From assembly GCA_965140585.1 (NCBI GenBank), contig OZ223268.1:96001-160000 (forward strand): 64,000 nt of DNA. The letters are read 5' to 3'. Position 1 is the first letter of the stretch, and each line of letters starts with the position of its first letter. A program made the position numbers and the translations under genes. Origin of the DNA: Spirochaetia bacterium. Lineage in GTDB: Bacteria; Spirochaetota; Spirochaetia; UBA9216. Below are positions 49,488-59,247 of this stretch, one piece after another. The notes beneath the pieces are model-generated. The model searched no databases. It was given only the letters and a program-made list of their open reading frames with translations, and was not told the DNA's origin.

Positions 49488-50618
49488 TCAACTATCCTGC
49501 GAAACTACCATATTTCTGCCGTGAGTCTTAGCATAGTACAGCCTTACATCAGCAGATTTAAGAATTCCCTGAATTGTCCCGGCTTCCGAAAAAGCTGCAA
49601 TACCGAAGCTAGCAGTCAGCTGATATTTACCGCAGAATCGGTGTTCTGCTATTATAGTCTTCAGTCTCTGGGCAAGCTGCTCAGTACTGTACAGCGGAGT
49701 TTCGGGACAGATAATGAGAAACTCCTCACCGCCCCAGCGGCCGCAGACATCGACTTCCCTGATATGAGTACTAATTAATCCGGCAAATTCTACAAGAACC
49801 TTATCGCCCGTATCATGACCGTAGCTGTCATTAACATTCTTGAATAAGTCAATATCCATCAGTATTACACTGTATTCCTTGTTATACCGGATGGTCTTTC
49901 CAGTGACTTCTTTCAGCACATCATCAAGTTTTCTTCTATTATACATTGCTGTAAGACTATCCCGGATTGACTGCTCAACAAGAACAGCATTGACAGCTTC
50001 TATCTCTTTTTTATGATGAAAGCCTCGCACAAAACTGCGGTAATTCAGACTGATAAGAATAAAAGCGATCATTCCGTTGGAGATAACATCTGCACTGTAG
50101 CTTGATAAAATGATCTCCGGATGATAAACAGGAAGAAGGACCAGAGCCGCAACACTTACCGCTGCGTAGCAGACTAAACTCTGAATGTAATCGAGATAGA
50201 AAATTACCGCTATACCGTAGAGGGCAGCAATATATATTGTTGGAATCCGGCCAAGTTCCACTTCAATCAGAATAAACCGGTAAAGAGCTATACCCATACC
50301 GGATAGAATGAAAAGCTGAACAAATATCTGTTTGGCAAAGATTTTATCTCTAAGCCCGGTTTTCATAAAAAGAATACTGAAAAGAACAAAAAGAGCCATC
50401 AAGAGTGCCGAATGTATATAGACGGTCTTCATCAAAGATGGAATATTGCTCACCCTGAATGCATAAAAAAACTGTTCTACTACCAGAAATATAGAAATTA
50501 TAAGAATCCGGAACACATTATTCTCAGACTGATACTTTCTGAATTCGTGCATTTCACTGGAACTTACAGGCTTCCCGAATATTCTGATTTTAAGTTTTAC
50601 AAACGTTTCCATAAACAC
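49488..50618 (-). CDS. Membrane diguanylate cyclase
   Basis: About 6 TM segments; DIDLFKNVND and RWGGEEF motifs. Confidence 0.9.
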   Translation of the reverse strand: MFMETFVKLKIRIFGKPVSSSEMHEFRKYQSENNVFRILIISIFLVVEQFFYAFRVSNIPSLMKTVYIHSALLMALFVLFSILFMKTGLRDKIFAKQIFVQLFILSGMGIALYRFILIEVELGRIPTIYIAALYGIAVIFYLDYIQSLVCYAAVSVAALVLLPVYHPEIILSSYSADVISNGMIAFILISLNYRSFVRGFHHKKEIEAVNAVLVEQSIRDSLTAMYNRRKLDDVLKEVTGKTIRYNKEYSVILMDIDLFKNVNDSYGHDTGDKVLVEFAGLISTHIREVDVCGRWGGEEFLIICPETPLYSTEQLAQRLKTIIAEHRFCGKYQLTASFGIAAFSEAGTIQGILKSADVRLYYAKTHGRNMVVSQDS

Positions 50619-50652
50619 TGCGGCACTATACTAAATCGATTAACCCAAAACT

Positions 50653-52224
50653 TCAATCGGTAAAATAGGCGATTGCATTTTTGCCCGATTTTTTTACCCT
50701 GTACATTGCAGTATCAGCTTCATGAAGAATCTGTTCGAGATTTTCATGATTGCCGCCTTCAACAATACTGATTCCGATGCTTGCTCCAATATTTATCTCA
50801 TGCCCTTCGATTATCAGTTTCTCATCAATCGCATTAAGAATTTTTTTTGTTACAACATCGCATTCTTCTTCACTGGAGACACGAGGAAGAAGTACTATAA
50901 ATTCGTCACCTCCGTATCTGCCTACAGTGTCTGAACTGCGCAGAACAGCCTTCATTTTAAGACCAACAGTCTGAAGTAGTGAATCTCCTACATCATGGCC
51001 GAACTGATCATTGACACTTTTAAATCCGTCAAGATCAATGAAGCAGACAGCCATTTTTAATTTATACCGGTCAGCAAGCTCCAGCTGCTTCGTAATTCTG
51101 TCGTATATAAGATTACGGTTCGGCAAATCCGTCAAATTATCATATAGGGCGGCATGCTCCATTGATTTACGGTATTTATTCCTCTGTATTATTATCCTGG
51201 ATATAAGCAGAGCCCCGACAATATCAAGAAATAAAATAATTATTGCAAGAATGGTATACCGGTATTGAAAATCTTTGAGTCCCAGTCCGAATTCCTTAGC
51301 TGTTATATAGTTAATAAGAAACCAGGAATTTTCTGAGTTATAAATAAAATCAAGCTCCTCATACGGGTTTATCTTTAAAGCTGAAACCAGAACCCTATTT
51401 TTATAAACCTGATAAAAATCATTATTCTGCATATACTCCCAGACTTGAGGACATTCAATGCTGAAAGAAACGGCCTCCCGATCGGGAAACATGAAACCCC
51501 ATTCTTTATCAGGGTCATCACGATAAAGCCAGTCACCGTTTTCATTAGCCAGAAAAAAACTGCCCGGATTATTCAGGGTCAGGTTTTCAAAAATATCAAT
51601 TAAATTATGCCCCAGGAAATTCAGTACAACAGCGCCCTTCACTTCACCCTCATTATAGACAGGACTTCCTATCCGAATCATAGGCTTTAAAGGTTTTTCA
51701 ATCCTTTCGTTCTCTACATTCAAATCAAACAGTGAGATGTAAACCTGGCCTTCATGAAGTTTAACCGTCTCTGAAAAATAATACCTGTTAGATTTATCCT
51801 GCATCTGTTCTTCTGAAACAAGTACAGGCTTTCCATCAACCAGATTAACACGAACAATTTCCATTCCGGTTTGATCAATATATCGAACCTGATCAAAAAC
51901 TCTCTTATTTTCGCTGAAATTAAGCAGATCCTGCTGCAGATCATTTTTGCCAAGACCTGTTTCAATCATGTTGTGCAGTGACGATAAACCTGCCAGGAAT
52001 TTCACATCGTATACAAGTTCCCTATAATAATTTGAAACAATTTCAGATTGGGCCTGAAGCAATCGTTCAGAATCAAGACTTTGTGTGTTTATATGCTCTG
52101 ATCTATGCGAAATGATGAAGATCGTATACAGGCCGAAACTTAATATTATCACTGCTGAAAGTGTTTTGACTGCTATACTTCCTGACGCTAAAGCTTCTTT
52201 AAAAATCATTTTATATTTGTGCAT
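50653..52224 (-). CDS. Cache-sensor diguanylate cyclase
   Basis: TM-periplasmic domain (DKSNRYYF...KPMIR)-TM, then DLDGFKSVND and RYGGDEF. Confidence 0.9.
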   Translation of the reverse strand: MHKYKMIFKEALASGSIAVKTLSAVIILSFGLYTIFIISHRSEHINTQSLDSERLLQAQSEIVSNYYRELVYDVKFLAGLSSLHNMIETGLGKNDLQQDLLNFSENKRVFDQVRYIDQTGMEIVRVNLVDGKPVLVSEEQMQDKSNRYYFSETVKLHEGQVYISLFDLNVENERIEKPLKPMIRIGSPVYNEGEVKGAVVLNFLGHNLIDIFENLTLNNPGSFFLANENGDWLYRDDPDKEWGFMFPDREAVSFSIECPQVWEYMQNNDFYQVYKNRVLVSALKINPYEELDFIYNSENSWFLINYITAKEFGLGLKDFQYRYTILAIIILFLDIVGALLISRIIIQRNKYRKSMEHAALYDNLTDLPNRNLIYDRITKQLELADRYKLKMAVCFIDLDGFKSVNDQFGHDVGDSLLQTVGLKMKAVLRSSDTVGRYGGDEFIVLLPRVSSEEECDVVTKKILNAIDEKLIIEGHEINIGASIGISIVEGGNHENLEQILHEADTAMYRVKKSGKNAIAYFTD

Positions 52225-52279
52225 TTCTTTTTAATGATATAGATTTATCCTATTATATGCAAATTTCAGTCTTATGAAT

Positions 52280-52316
52280 AAAAAAAGGCTGTCCGGATAT
52301 TACTCACGGACAGCCT
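52280..52316 (-). terminator. Intrinsic terminator of the decarboxylase operon
   Basis: AGGCTGTCCG / CGGACAGCCT stem followed by a U-run on the minus strand. Confidence 0.8.
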
Positions 52317-52336
52317 GAATTGAAATCAGTTTAAAA

Positions 52337-53506
52337 CTAATTAAGCGACAACAGAACACCCGCAGCAATTGCAGAGCCTATAACTCCGGCTACGTTTGGT
52401 CCCATTGCGTTCATCAGCAGAAAGTTGCCCGGGTCTTCTTTCTGACCGACCTTCTGTACTACTCGTGCAGCCATAGGTACGGCAGATACTCCTGCAGCTC
52501 CAATCATCGGATTGATCTTTCCGCCGCTTATCTTGCTCATCAGCTTTCCAAGCATTACTCCGCCGCCGGTTCCTACTCCGAATGCTATACATCCAAGCAC
52601 AATAATGAAGATTGTCTCAAATGTAAGGAAGTGGTCGGCTGACATCTTCGAACCTACTGATATTCCAAGGAATATGGTAACTATGTTTATAAGCTCGTTC
52701 TGGGCTGTCTTTGAAAGCCTGTCTACAACTCCGCACTCCTTGAACAGGTTTCCAAGCATTAGCATTCCGATTAGAGGTGCTGATGCCGGAATAAGCAGGG
52801 CTGTAACTATTGTTGTGATTATCGGGAAAAGAATCTTTGTCCGCTTTGATACGGGTTTCGGATCTTCCATCCTGATAAGTCTTTCCTTCTTGGTTGTGAG
52901 AGCCTTGATAATAGGCGGCTGTATAATCGGTACAAGCGCCATATACGTATAGGCTGCTACTGCAATAGGTCCAAGCAGATGCGGTGCAAGCTTCGATGTA
53001 AGATATATCGCTGTAGGACCGTCAGCTCCTCCGATTATTGCGATGGAAGAGGCCTCTGCGAAGTTGAAGCCCAGATCATGCGCCGCAAGAAAGGGTATTG
53101 CTCCAAGCGCCTTTGCTCCAAGCAGGGTTATAAATATACCAAGCTGTGCAGCGGCTCCAAGAAGAAAGGTCTGCGGCTTGCCCAGTAGCGGTCCAAAGTC
53201 CGTCATCGCACCAATTCCCATGAAGATAATCGGCGGAAACAGTCCAAGCTGAACACCCTGGTAAAAATAGTATATAAGTCCGCCGGCCTGGTCTCCGATT
53301 GGGCCTTCCAGAAGCCCTGTAAGCGGAAGGTTTACCAGTATTGCTCCAAACCCTATCGGGATAAGCAGCAGCGGCTCATAACCCTTTGCTATTGCAAGGT
53401 AAACAAGCAGACAGCCGATTGCAATCATCACAATGTTCTGCCAGGTGATTGCTGTGAAGGCGGTGCTGCTTAGAAATCTCAATATTAGATCTACGAAATT
53501 CACCAA
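52337..53506 (-). CDS. mmdB: Na+-translocating decarboxylase beta subunit
   Basis: [25 protein letters not shown] and MGPNVAG motifs. Confidence 0.93.
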   Translation of the reverse strand: MVNFVDLILRFLSSTAFTAITWQNIVMIAIGCLLVYLAIAKGYEPLLLIPIGFGAILVNLPLTGLLEGPIGDQAGGLIYYFYQGVQLGLFPPIIFMGIGAMTDFGPLLGKPQTFLLGAAAQLGIFITLLGAKALGAIPFLAAHDLGFNFAEASSIAIIGGADGPTAIYLTSKLAPHLLGPIAVAAYTYMALVPIIQPPIIKALTTKKERLIRMEDPKPVSKRTKILFPIITTIVTALLIPASAPLIGMLMLGNLFKECGVVDRLSKTAQNELINIVTIFLGISVGSKMSADHFLTFETIFIIVLGCIAFGVGTGGGVMLGKLMSKISGGKINPMIGAAGVSAVPMAARVVQKVGQKEDPGNFLLMNAMGPNVAGVIGSAIAAGVLLSLN

Positions 53507-53515
53507 ATCCCTCCG

Positions 53516-54001
53516 TTAGCCGATGTCTACAAGCGGCTGTCCTTCGGTTACGTTTGTACCCGGAGTTACATGGATGGCTGCTACTGTACCGGCATTGCTT
53601 GCAAATACTTCAATGTCCATCTTCATTGCTTCCATTATCAGTAGAAGATCTCCCTTGGCTACACTTGCACCCTGGGCTACCTTGATTTCCTTGATTGTTC
53701 CTGTGATTGCAGCCTTCTCAGTTCCGGCTCCGGCTGCTACAGGGGCGGCGGCTGGTGCAGGCGCGGCAGCTGCGGGAGCGGGGGCGGCAGCTGCCGGTGC
53801 TGGTGCGGCCGGTGCAGCAGCTGCAGCAGGGGCTGCAGGCGCAGCGGCCGGTGCAGCAGGAGCTGCTGTTGCTCCTGCAGGGGTTGCAAGGCTTACAAGG
53901 TAACTATCGCCTTCATGCTCAATTGTAAGGACATTTCCGTTTCTTGTTACGTTTATGTCGTAAAGTGTTCCTTCATATTCAAACTTAATATTCTTGCTCA
54001 T
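53516..54001 (-). CDS. mmdC: Biotin carboxyl carrier subunit with Ala/Pro linker
   Basis: EAMKM biotinylation motif and long Ala/Pro-rich hinge. Confidence 0.92.
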   Translation of the reverse strand: MSKNIKFEYEGTLYDINVTRNGNVLTIEHEGDSYLVSLATPAGATAAPAAPAAAPAAPAAAAAPAAPAPAAAAPAPAAAAPAPAAAPVAAGAGTEKAAITGTIKEIKVAQGASVAKGDLLLIMEAMKMDIEVFASNAGTVAAIHVTPGTNVTEGQPLVDIG

Positions 54002-54006
54002 AACTC

Positions 54007-54393
54007 TTATACTCCTGGTGCTTTTCTTGTAATTTTATTGCTAGCGACCCACGGGTCATACTTTGCTGCTCCCGCTGAGCTCCATCCTGAAGCCTTCGGG
54101 GCATTCTGCTCATCTTCCTCTGCTGCCAGAAACGCTGATACCGCAGCCGAAAGCCATTTGGCGTTGTCGGCCATTGTTGCTGTAGCTGCTGCAACTATTA
54201 CAGGCAGGGGCAGACCGCCGCTCTTCTTTGCTGAAGAAGCCCTGGCAGATTTCGGCGCTGTGCTTTTGGCTGTATCACCGTCTGCGAATTTCCTTATCAG
54301 AACCATCAGCAGACTCAGAAGGACTAACAGCGTAAATACTATCAGTATTCCAAGTATGGATGTCATAACACTGTAAATAAATTCTTCCTGCAT
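54007..54393 (-). CDS. mmdD: OadG/MmdD-type anchor subunit
   Basis: N-terminal TM GILIVFTLLVLL, AAVSA and late Trp motif; position in the operon. Confidence 0.8.
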   Translation of the reverse strand: MQEEFIYSVMTSILGILIVFTLLVLLSLLMVLIRKFADGDTAKSTAPKSARASSAKKSGGLPLPVIVAAATATMADNAKWLSAAVSAFLAAEEDEQNAPKASGWSSAGAAKYDPWVASNKITRKAPGV

Positions 54394-54408
54394 AAAACTC
54401 TCCGCCTC

Positions 54409-55959
54409 CTACAGTGGTATATTGCCGTGTTTCTTGGCAGGTCTGTCTTCACGCTTTTTGATGTTGATCTCAAGCGCTCTGATGAGTTCTGCACGGGTGT
54501 ATTCGGGATCGATTATATCGTCTACAAGACCAAGTCCTGCGGCTACGTAGGGGTTCATGAACTCTGTCTGGAACTCTGCTATCTTTTCCTGTCTCTTTGC
54601 TTCAGGATCCGATGCTGAACTGATGTCCTTTCGAAAGATGATGTTTGCTGCACCCTCTGCTCCCATTACTGCTATTTCTGCTGTCGGGTAGGCAAGGACT
54701 CTGTCGTATCCAAGTGACTTGGAGGACATTGCTATCATTGAACCGCCGTAGGATTTTCTCATAATCAGCGAAATCTTGGGCACTGTTGCCTCTGCTATTG
54801 CGTAGAGGATCTTTGCTCCGTGCCTGATGATTCCACCGTGCTCCTGGGCAACGCCTGGAAGGTAGCCGGGAACGTCAACGAGTGTGATTACCGGAATATT
54901 GAAAGCATCGCAGAAGCGAATGAATCTTGCTCCCTTGTCTGATGAGTTGATATCAAGTGATGCAGCCATGAACTTCGGCTGGTTGGCAAAGATTCCTACA
55001 GTGCGTCCGTTTAGCTTTGCGAAACCTACTACTACGCTTTTGGCGAAGTCTTCCTGTACTTCAAGAAATGAACCTGCGTCGAAGGCGCTTCCGATTATAT
55101 CGCGTACATCGTAGGGCTTTCTGGGCTCTTCGGGGATGATCGACATTATTTCGGGGGTGGTTCTCTCAAGTGAATCTGTACATGCGCTTACTGGCGGCTG
55201 CTCTGTGTTATTTGACGGCAGGTAGTCCATAAGCCTTCTGATGAAATCAAAACATTCCTGCTCGGATGAAAAACGGAAGTGGGCGACTCCGCTTTTTGCA
55301 CAGTGAGCTGATGCTCCACCGAGGTCTTCGTGGCTGATAACCTCACCGGTTACTGTCTTGATTACATCCGGACCGGTGATGTACATGTGACTTGAACCGT
55401 CTACCATGAATATGAAGTCGGTTATGGCCGGTGAGTAAACTGCACCTCCGGCACAGGGACCGAGTATTACTGAAAACTGAGGAATTACACCTGATGAGAG
55501 TGTGTTGTTCCGAAAGATTTTGGCGTATCCGTTTAGTGAGAGTATTCCCTCCTGGATTCTTGCTCCGCCTGAATCGTTGACCTGGATAAACGGTGAGCCG
55601 TTTTTGAGTGCAAGACTTTGGGCCTCTGCAATCTTTTCGGCATGCATTTCTCCAAGTGAACCGCCGAGAACTGTAAAATCCTGAGCTGACAGGAATACCT
55701 GCTTGCCGTTCATCTTGCCTGTTCCGGTTACTACTCCGTCGCCGGCAAACTTGTTTTTATCCATTCCGAACTGGCTTGTTCTTGTCTGGATGTATGCCTG
55801 GCTTTCAACGAAACTTCCCTCATCCAGAAGTCCGGTGATCCTTTCTCTGGCGGTAAATTTCCCTTTATCATGCTGGGCTTTGATTCTGGCGTCGCCGCCG
55901 CCCTTCTGCATTTTTGCTCTGAAGTCTTTAAACTCCTGAAGCCGCTCGTTGTTATTCAT
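54409..55959 (-). CDS. mmdA: Acyl-CoA carboxyltransferase subunit ((methyl)malonyl-CoA decarboxylase alpha type)
   Basis: DSGGARIQEG, GPCAGGAVYSPA, DVPGYLPG and KKHGNIPL motifs. Confidence 0.9.
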   Translation of the reverse strand: MNNNERLQEFKDFRAKMQKGGGDARIKAQHDKGKFTARERITGLLDEGSFVESQAYIQTRTSQFGMDKNKFAGDGVVTGTGKMNGKQVFLSAQDFTVLGGSLGEMHAEKIAEAQSLALKNGSPFIQVNDSGGARIQEGILSLNGYAKIFRNNTLSSGVIPQFSVILGPCAGGAVYSPAITDFIFMVDGSSHMYITGPDVIKTVTGEVISHEDLGGASAHCAKSGVAHFRFSSEQECFDFIRRLMDYLPSNNTEQPPVSACTDSLERTTPEIMSIIPEEPRKPYDVRDIIGSAFDAGSFLEVQEDFAKSVVVGFAKLNGRTVGIFANQPKFMAASLDINSSDKGARFIRFCDAFNIPVITLVDVPGYLPGVAQEHGGIIRHGAKILYAIAEATVPKISLIMRKSYGGSMIAMSSKSLGYDRVLAYPTAEIAVMGAEGAANIIFRKDISSASDPEAKRQEKIAEFQTEFMNPYVAAGLGLVDDIIDPEYTRAELIRALEINIKKREDRPAKKHGNIPL

Positions 55960-56076
55960 TCTAAGCTCCTGAATTTCTCAAAAAAATTGTGAAAGAATGT
56001 AATTTAATTCTTAATACTCACATTATCCGTAATATAGATTCCGGATAATCAGATTTCCATTTATATACTAAACTTA

Positions 56077-56838
56077 CTAGAAAATGGCGTTAACTATCAG
56101 ATATCCTACTGAAGGACAAAGAAGTGTTCCAAGTCCTGTATAGAAAGTTGCAGTCATTGCACCGTAGGGAACAAGCTTGATATCAGTAGCCGCAAGTCCG
56201 CCTGCAACACCACTGGTTGTTCCGATAATTCCGCCGTATACCATTGCTGTAGTCGGGTTATCAAGACCGATCTTCTTGGCAATAAGCGGGGTCATGATCA
56301 TCGTCAGTACAGACTTAACAACACCTGCCGCAACAGACAGGGCTACAACCGACGAGCTTACGCCTAGGGCATCACCTGTTACCGGTCCTACAATAAAAGT
56401 AACTGTACCTGCACCGATTGTTGTTAGTTCTTTGGGGTCAACAAAACCCAGTATACGGGCAATTATAACTCCGACAACGAATGAAAAAATAACACCGATG
56501 AAAAGAGCTACAACACCTGCAAGCCCTGCTTTCTTGAGATTCTCCATCTTAACACCATATGCTGTTGATACAATGGTGTAGTCTCTGAGGGCACTTCCTC
56601 CAAGTATGAGAAAACCTGCAAAAAGAGGCAGATCAGCAAGACCTTTTTTTCCGCCGGTGAATTTACCAGCAACATATGCAAGAATAAGGGCAAGTATGAT
56701 TGCAAAAGCAGATCCCATCTTTCCCTGTTTGATCATTTTTGCTACATAGTAAGCAAGAAGCATCGCAAGAGCGACAAAACCGAAAGCGAGGACAAGGTGA
56801 TCACGTCCCATGATACTGTTCATTATTTTTGCAATCAT
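56077..56838 (-). CDS. madM: Malonate transporter subunit MadM
   Basis: GGKKGLAD, LRDYTIVSTA, GTTSGVAGGLAA and LVPYGAMTATFYTG motifs. Confidence 0.9.
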   Translation of the reverse strand: MIAKIMNSIMGRDHLVLAFGFVALAMLLAYYVAKMIKQGKMGSAFAIILALILAYVAGKFTGGKKGLADLPLFAGFLILGGSALRDYTIVSTAYGVKMENLKKAGLAGVVALFIGVIFSFVVGVIIARILGFVDPKELTTIGAGTVTFIVGPVTGDALGVSSSVVALSVAAGVVKSVLTMIMTPLIAKKIGLDNPTTAMVYGGIIGTTSGVAGGLAATDIKLVPYGAMTATFYTGLGTLLCPSVGYLIVNAIF

Positions 56839-57212
56839 ACTTCTTCTCCTTTATCTTTACCAAGCTTGGCTACTAATGGTACAAGAAACAGTGAAGCTAT
56901 AGTTGCAATGCCTCCGGCCAGAAATGCAACCGCACCGCCGTCAACTGCAGCTACAACATTCTGGGATGCTGCCATAGCAACAACAACCGGAATGTAGATA
57001 GAACTCAGAAAAAGTATTCCGTTTTCAGTTTTTGCACTGAAACCGCCCTTTTTTGATTTTTGAACTCTTGCAGTAACAATAACCAGAAGAAGCATTGCTA
57101 TACCTACACCGCCGACATTACCCCCGATGCCGATTACCGCACCAAGAATTCTGCCGATGAAATTTCCGACAAAGTAACAGGCTGCTACTATTCCAAGGCC
57201 GTATATTTCCAT
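56835..57212 (-). CDS. madL: Malonate transporter subunit MadL
   Basis: MEIYG, NVGGVGIAMLLL and YIPVVVAMAASQNV motifs; overlaps the madM start. Confidence 0.9.
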   Translation of the reverse strand: MEIYGLGIVAACYFVGNFIGRILGAVIGIGGNVGGVGIAMLLLVIVTARVQKSKKGGFSAKTENGILFLSSIYIPVVVAMAASQNVVAAVDGGAVAFLAGGIATIASLFLVPLVAKLGKDKGEEV

Positions 57213-57251
57213 ATCCTTTTCTCCTTAAACTTAAATTTGGTTTTAATAGTT

Positions 57252-58475
57252 TTATTTTTTGTCGAAGACAACTCCGCTGTTCAGCAGTTCTTCAACTTTT
57301 TCTTTTGAATATCCGAGTTCATTCTGCAGATATTCAATTGTGTGCTCCCCAAGTCCGGGAGCCGGTGTTCTGACTGTACCGGGAGTTTCCGTCATTTTAA
57401 ACGGAGATCCGGCCATAGTTACTTTACCAACTCCGGGCTGTTCAACATCAACTATCATTTCGCGGTAAAGCAGGTTCGGGTCTTTTACAACCTTATCAAT
57501 TGTGTTCAATGGTGAATACGGCAGGCCGTTTTCATCAAGAAGCTTGATCCATTCTTCGGATGTCTTCTTTTTCATTTCAACATCCAGAATTCTGACCAGT
57601 TCATCTCGGTTCTGTGTTCTGAGAGGATTAGTTTTGAAAAGTTCATGATCAGTCAGATCTTCTCTTTCAATAAGTGTACAGAATTTCTTCCAGAGAGAAT
57701 CATTACCGATAGGTGTTATAACCCAGCTGCCGTCACTTGTTTCAAATGCCTGAAACGGAGTTATGGTCGGGTGAGCACTTCCGAGAGGTACGGGAATTTC
57801 ACCTTTGGCAGTGTATCTGACAATTGCATTCTCAAGAATGTACACGAGACCATCTACCATAGAAATATCTATATGCTGTCCTTCGCCGGTTCGGTTTTTA
57901 TGCTGCAGAGCTGCAAGAATGCCGATCGCACCCTGATGTCCTGCAACTACATCACCTACAGACGAGCCTACGCGTACCGGAGCTCCGCCGAGGGGGCCTG
58001 TGATACTCATCAAACCGCTGAATCCCTGTGCAACCATGTCGTATGCCGGACGGGTTGCATACTCGGGAAGAGCATCATGTCCGAATCCGCAGATTGAGCA
58101 ATAAATAATTCCGGGATTTATTTTTTTTAATTCTTCATATGAGAAACCAAGTTTTCTCATGGTTGTCGGACGGTAGTTTTCAACTACGATATCCGCATCC
58201 TTAATCATGTCTGTCAGTAGAGCCTTACCTTCATCTTTTTTAAGGTCAACACAAATACTCTTTTTATTTCTGTTGATACTGATGAAATATCCGCTCTGCT
58301 TTCCGTTGCCGTCCTGTTCATCAAGGAAGGGTCCGAATGCCCTTGAATCATCACCAATAGGGGGTTCAACTTTTACAACTTCAGCCCCCATATCTGCCAG
58401 AATCATCGTGCAGAACGGTGCAGCAAGTACATGACTAAGATCGACTATTTTAATTCCTTCCAATGCCTTTTTCAT
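57252..58475 (-). CDS. Family III (CaiB/BaiF) CoA-transferase
   Basis: LADMGAEVVKVE, NRNKKS, ENYRP, GD catalytic Asp and APGLGEHT motifs. Confidence 0.92.
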   Translation of the reverse strand: MKKALEGIKIVDLSHVLAAPFCTMILADMGAEVVKVEPPIGDDSRAFGPFLDEQDGNGKQSGYFISINRNKKSICVDLKKDEGKALLTDMIKDADIVVENYRPTTMRKLGFSYEELKKINPGIIYCSICGFGHDALPEYATRPAYDMVAQGFSGLMSITGPLGGAPVRVGSSVGDVVAGHQGAIGILAALQHKNRTGEGQHIDISMVDGLVYILENAIVRYTAKGEIPVPLGSAHPTITPFQAFETSDGSWVITPIGNDSLWKKFCTLIEREDLTDHELFKTNPLRTQNRDELVRILDVEMKKKTSEEWIKLLDENGLPYSPLNTIDKVVKDPNLLYREMIVDVEQPGVGKVTMAGSPFKMTETPGTVRTPAPGLGEHTIEYLQNELGYSKEKVEELLNSGVVFDKK

Positions 58476-58596
58476 AAAGGCCTCCTGTGATTTTTGTTTT
58501 CACAAAATCACTTGATCACTAATAAATTGAATTAAACACACTCTTTCACAATGTTATTTTCTTGATACCTCCAGGGGCTCTCTTTTCTTTATGAGC

Positions 58597-58631
58597 AAAA
58601 AAAAAGAGAAGTATTCTGACACTACTTCTCT
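58597..58631 (-). terminator. Leader terminator (attenuator) between the hutP-like gene and the CoA-transferase
   Basis: RNA AGAGAAGUA-9 nt-UACUUCUCU followed by U8; two UAG triplets overlap the 5' arm. Confidence 0.85.
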
Positions 58632-58700
58632 AATACACGCGTTAATAAAATTTCACTACAGGGACTGAACACTAATACACACTAAATTTTTTCAGTCCTG
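58620..58700 (-). promoter_or_regulatory. UAG-repeat leader, putative binding site of the HutP-family protein
   Basis: UAG at plus-strand positions 58682, 58672, 58656, 58630 and 58622 (four as UAGUG); hairpin CAGGACUGAA/UUCAGUCCCUG displays two of them in its loop. Confidence 0.7.
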
Positions 58701-58718
58701 TTTATACACAAATAAAAA

Positions 58719-59141
58719 TTATTTTAAATGCATAACCCCAAGCGCACACCGCTCATGGTTTGTTATTGGATAGAAGGCGGAATCACCGTAAATCGCAACG
58801 GCAACCCATTCCTCATTTGTTACAATGCCCACCTTAAGTTTCAGGCTGGCCTCTGCCGGAACACTGCTGATAACACCGTTAAGCGCTTCAAGAGCAGCAT
58901 GAAGAACAGCATGAACCTGCGTTCCGTTTTTTTTGATCAATCCATTCTGAAGCGAACAACCGACGATTGATTTTACAAAACTCTTCTTGATATCGGAGGT
59001 CAGACCGGTAATAAAAGTCACCGCAAGTTTTTCCTTTCCGATAGTGTTATTGACTTCAGCCTTAATCTGGCGCTCTTCTTCTTCATCAGACATAGCAGCA
59101 AGAAGTGCCATTTTTCCAATACGATCTGTATTCAGCTTCAT
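58719..59141 (-). CDS. hutP: HutP-family RNA-binding antiterminator
   Basis: IGKMALL, HAVLHAALEAL (HxxxH) and WVAVAIYG...HERCALGVMHL match the HutP fold and its metal-binding His residues. Confidence 0.85.
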   Translation of the reverse strand: MKLNTDRIGKMALLAAMSDEEEERQIKAEVNNTIGKEKLAVTFITGLTSDIKKSFVKSIVGCSLQNGLIKKNGTQVHAVLHAALEALNGVISSVPAEASLKLKVGIVTNEEWVAVAIYGDSAFYPITNHERCALGVMHLK

Positions 59142-59149
59142 GTTTAGTC

Positions 59150-59179
59150 ATACTACACTCGGAAATGCACAATTGTCAA
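59150..59179 (-). promoter_or_regulatory. Sigma70-type promoter of the hutP-like gene
   Basis: TTGACA-18 nt-TAGTAT, then 8 nt to ATG; no Shine-Dalgarno sequence. Confidence 0.55.
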
Positions 59180-59247
59180 TAAAAAAACTAAAGCTATCGG
59201 GATTTTTTTATCTATATATTCTGGTTTAAATTGTTGATTTTAACTTT

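Noticed and set aside
53730-53885. GC-rich repetitive stretch resembling a repeat array
   Set aside because: It encodes the Ala/Pro hinge of the biotin carrier, which is normal for this family.
55987-58552. Similar TTGTGAAAGA.TGT...TTTAATTC strings at about 55987 (+) and about 58530-58552 (-), considered as Rex or CRP sites
   Set aside because: They are not palindromic with the required spacing, are AT-rich, and lie in opposite orientations; too weak to call.
58719-59141. Histidine utilisation operon
   Set aside because: No hutH, hutU, hutI or hutG follows; the downstream genes are CoA-transferase and madLM.
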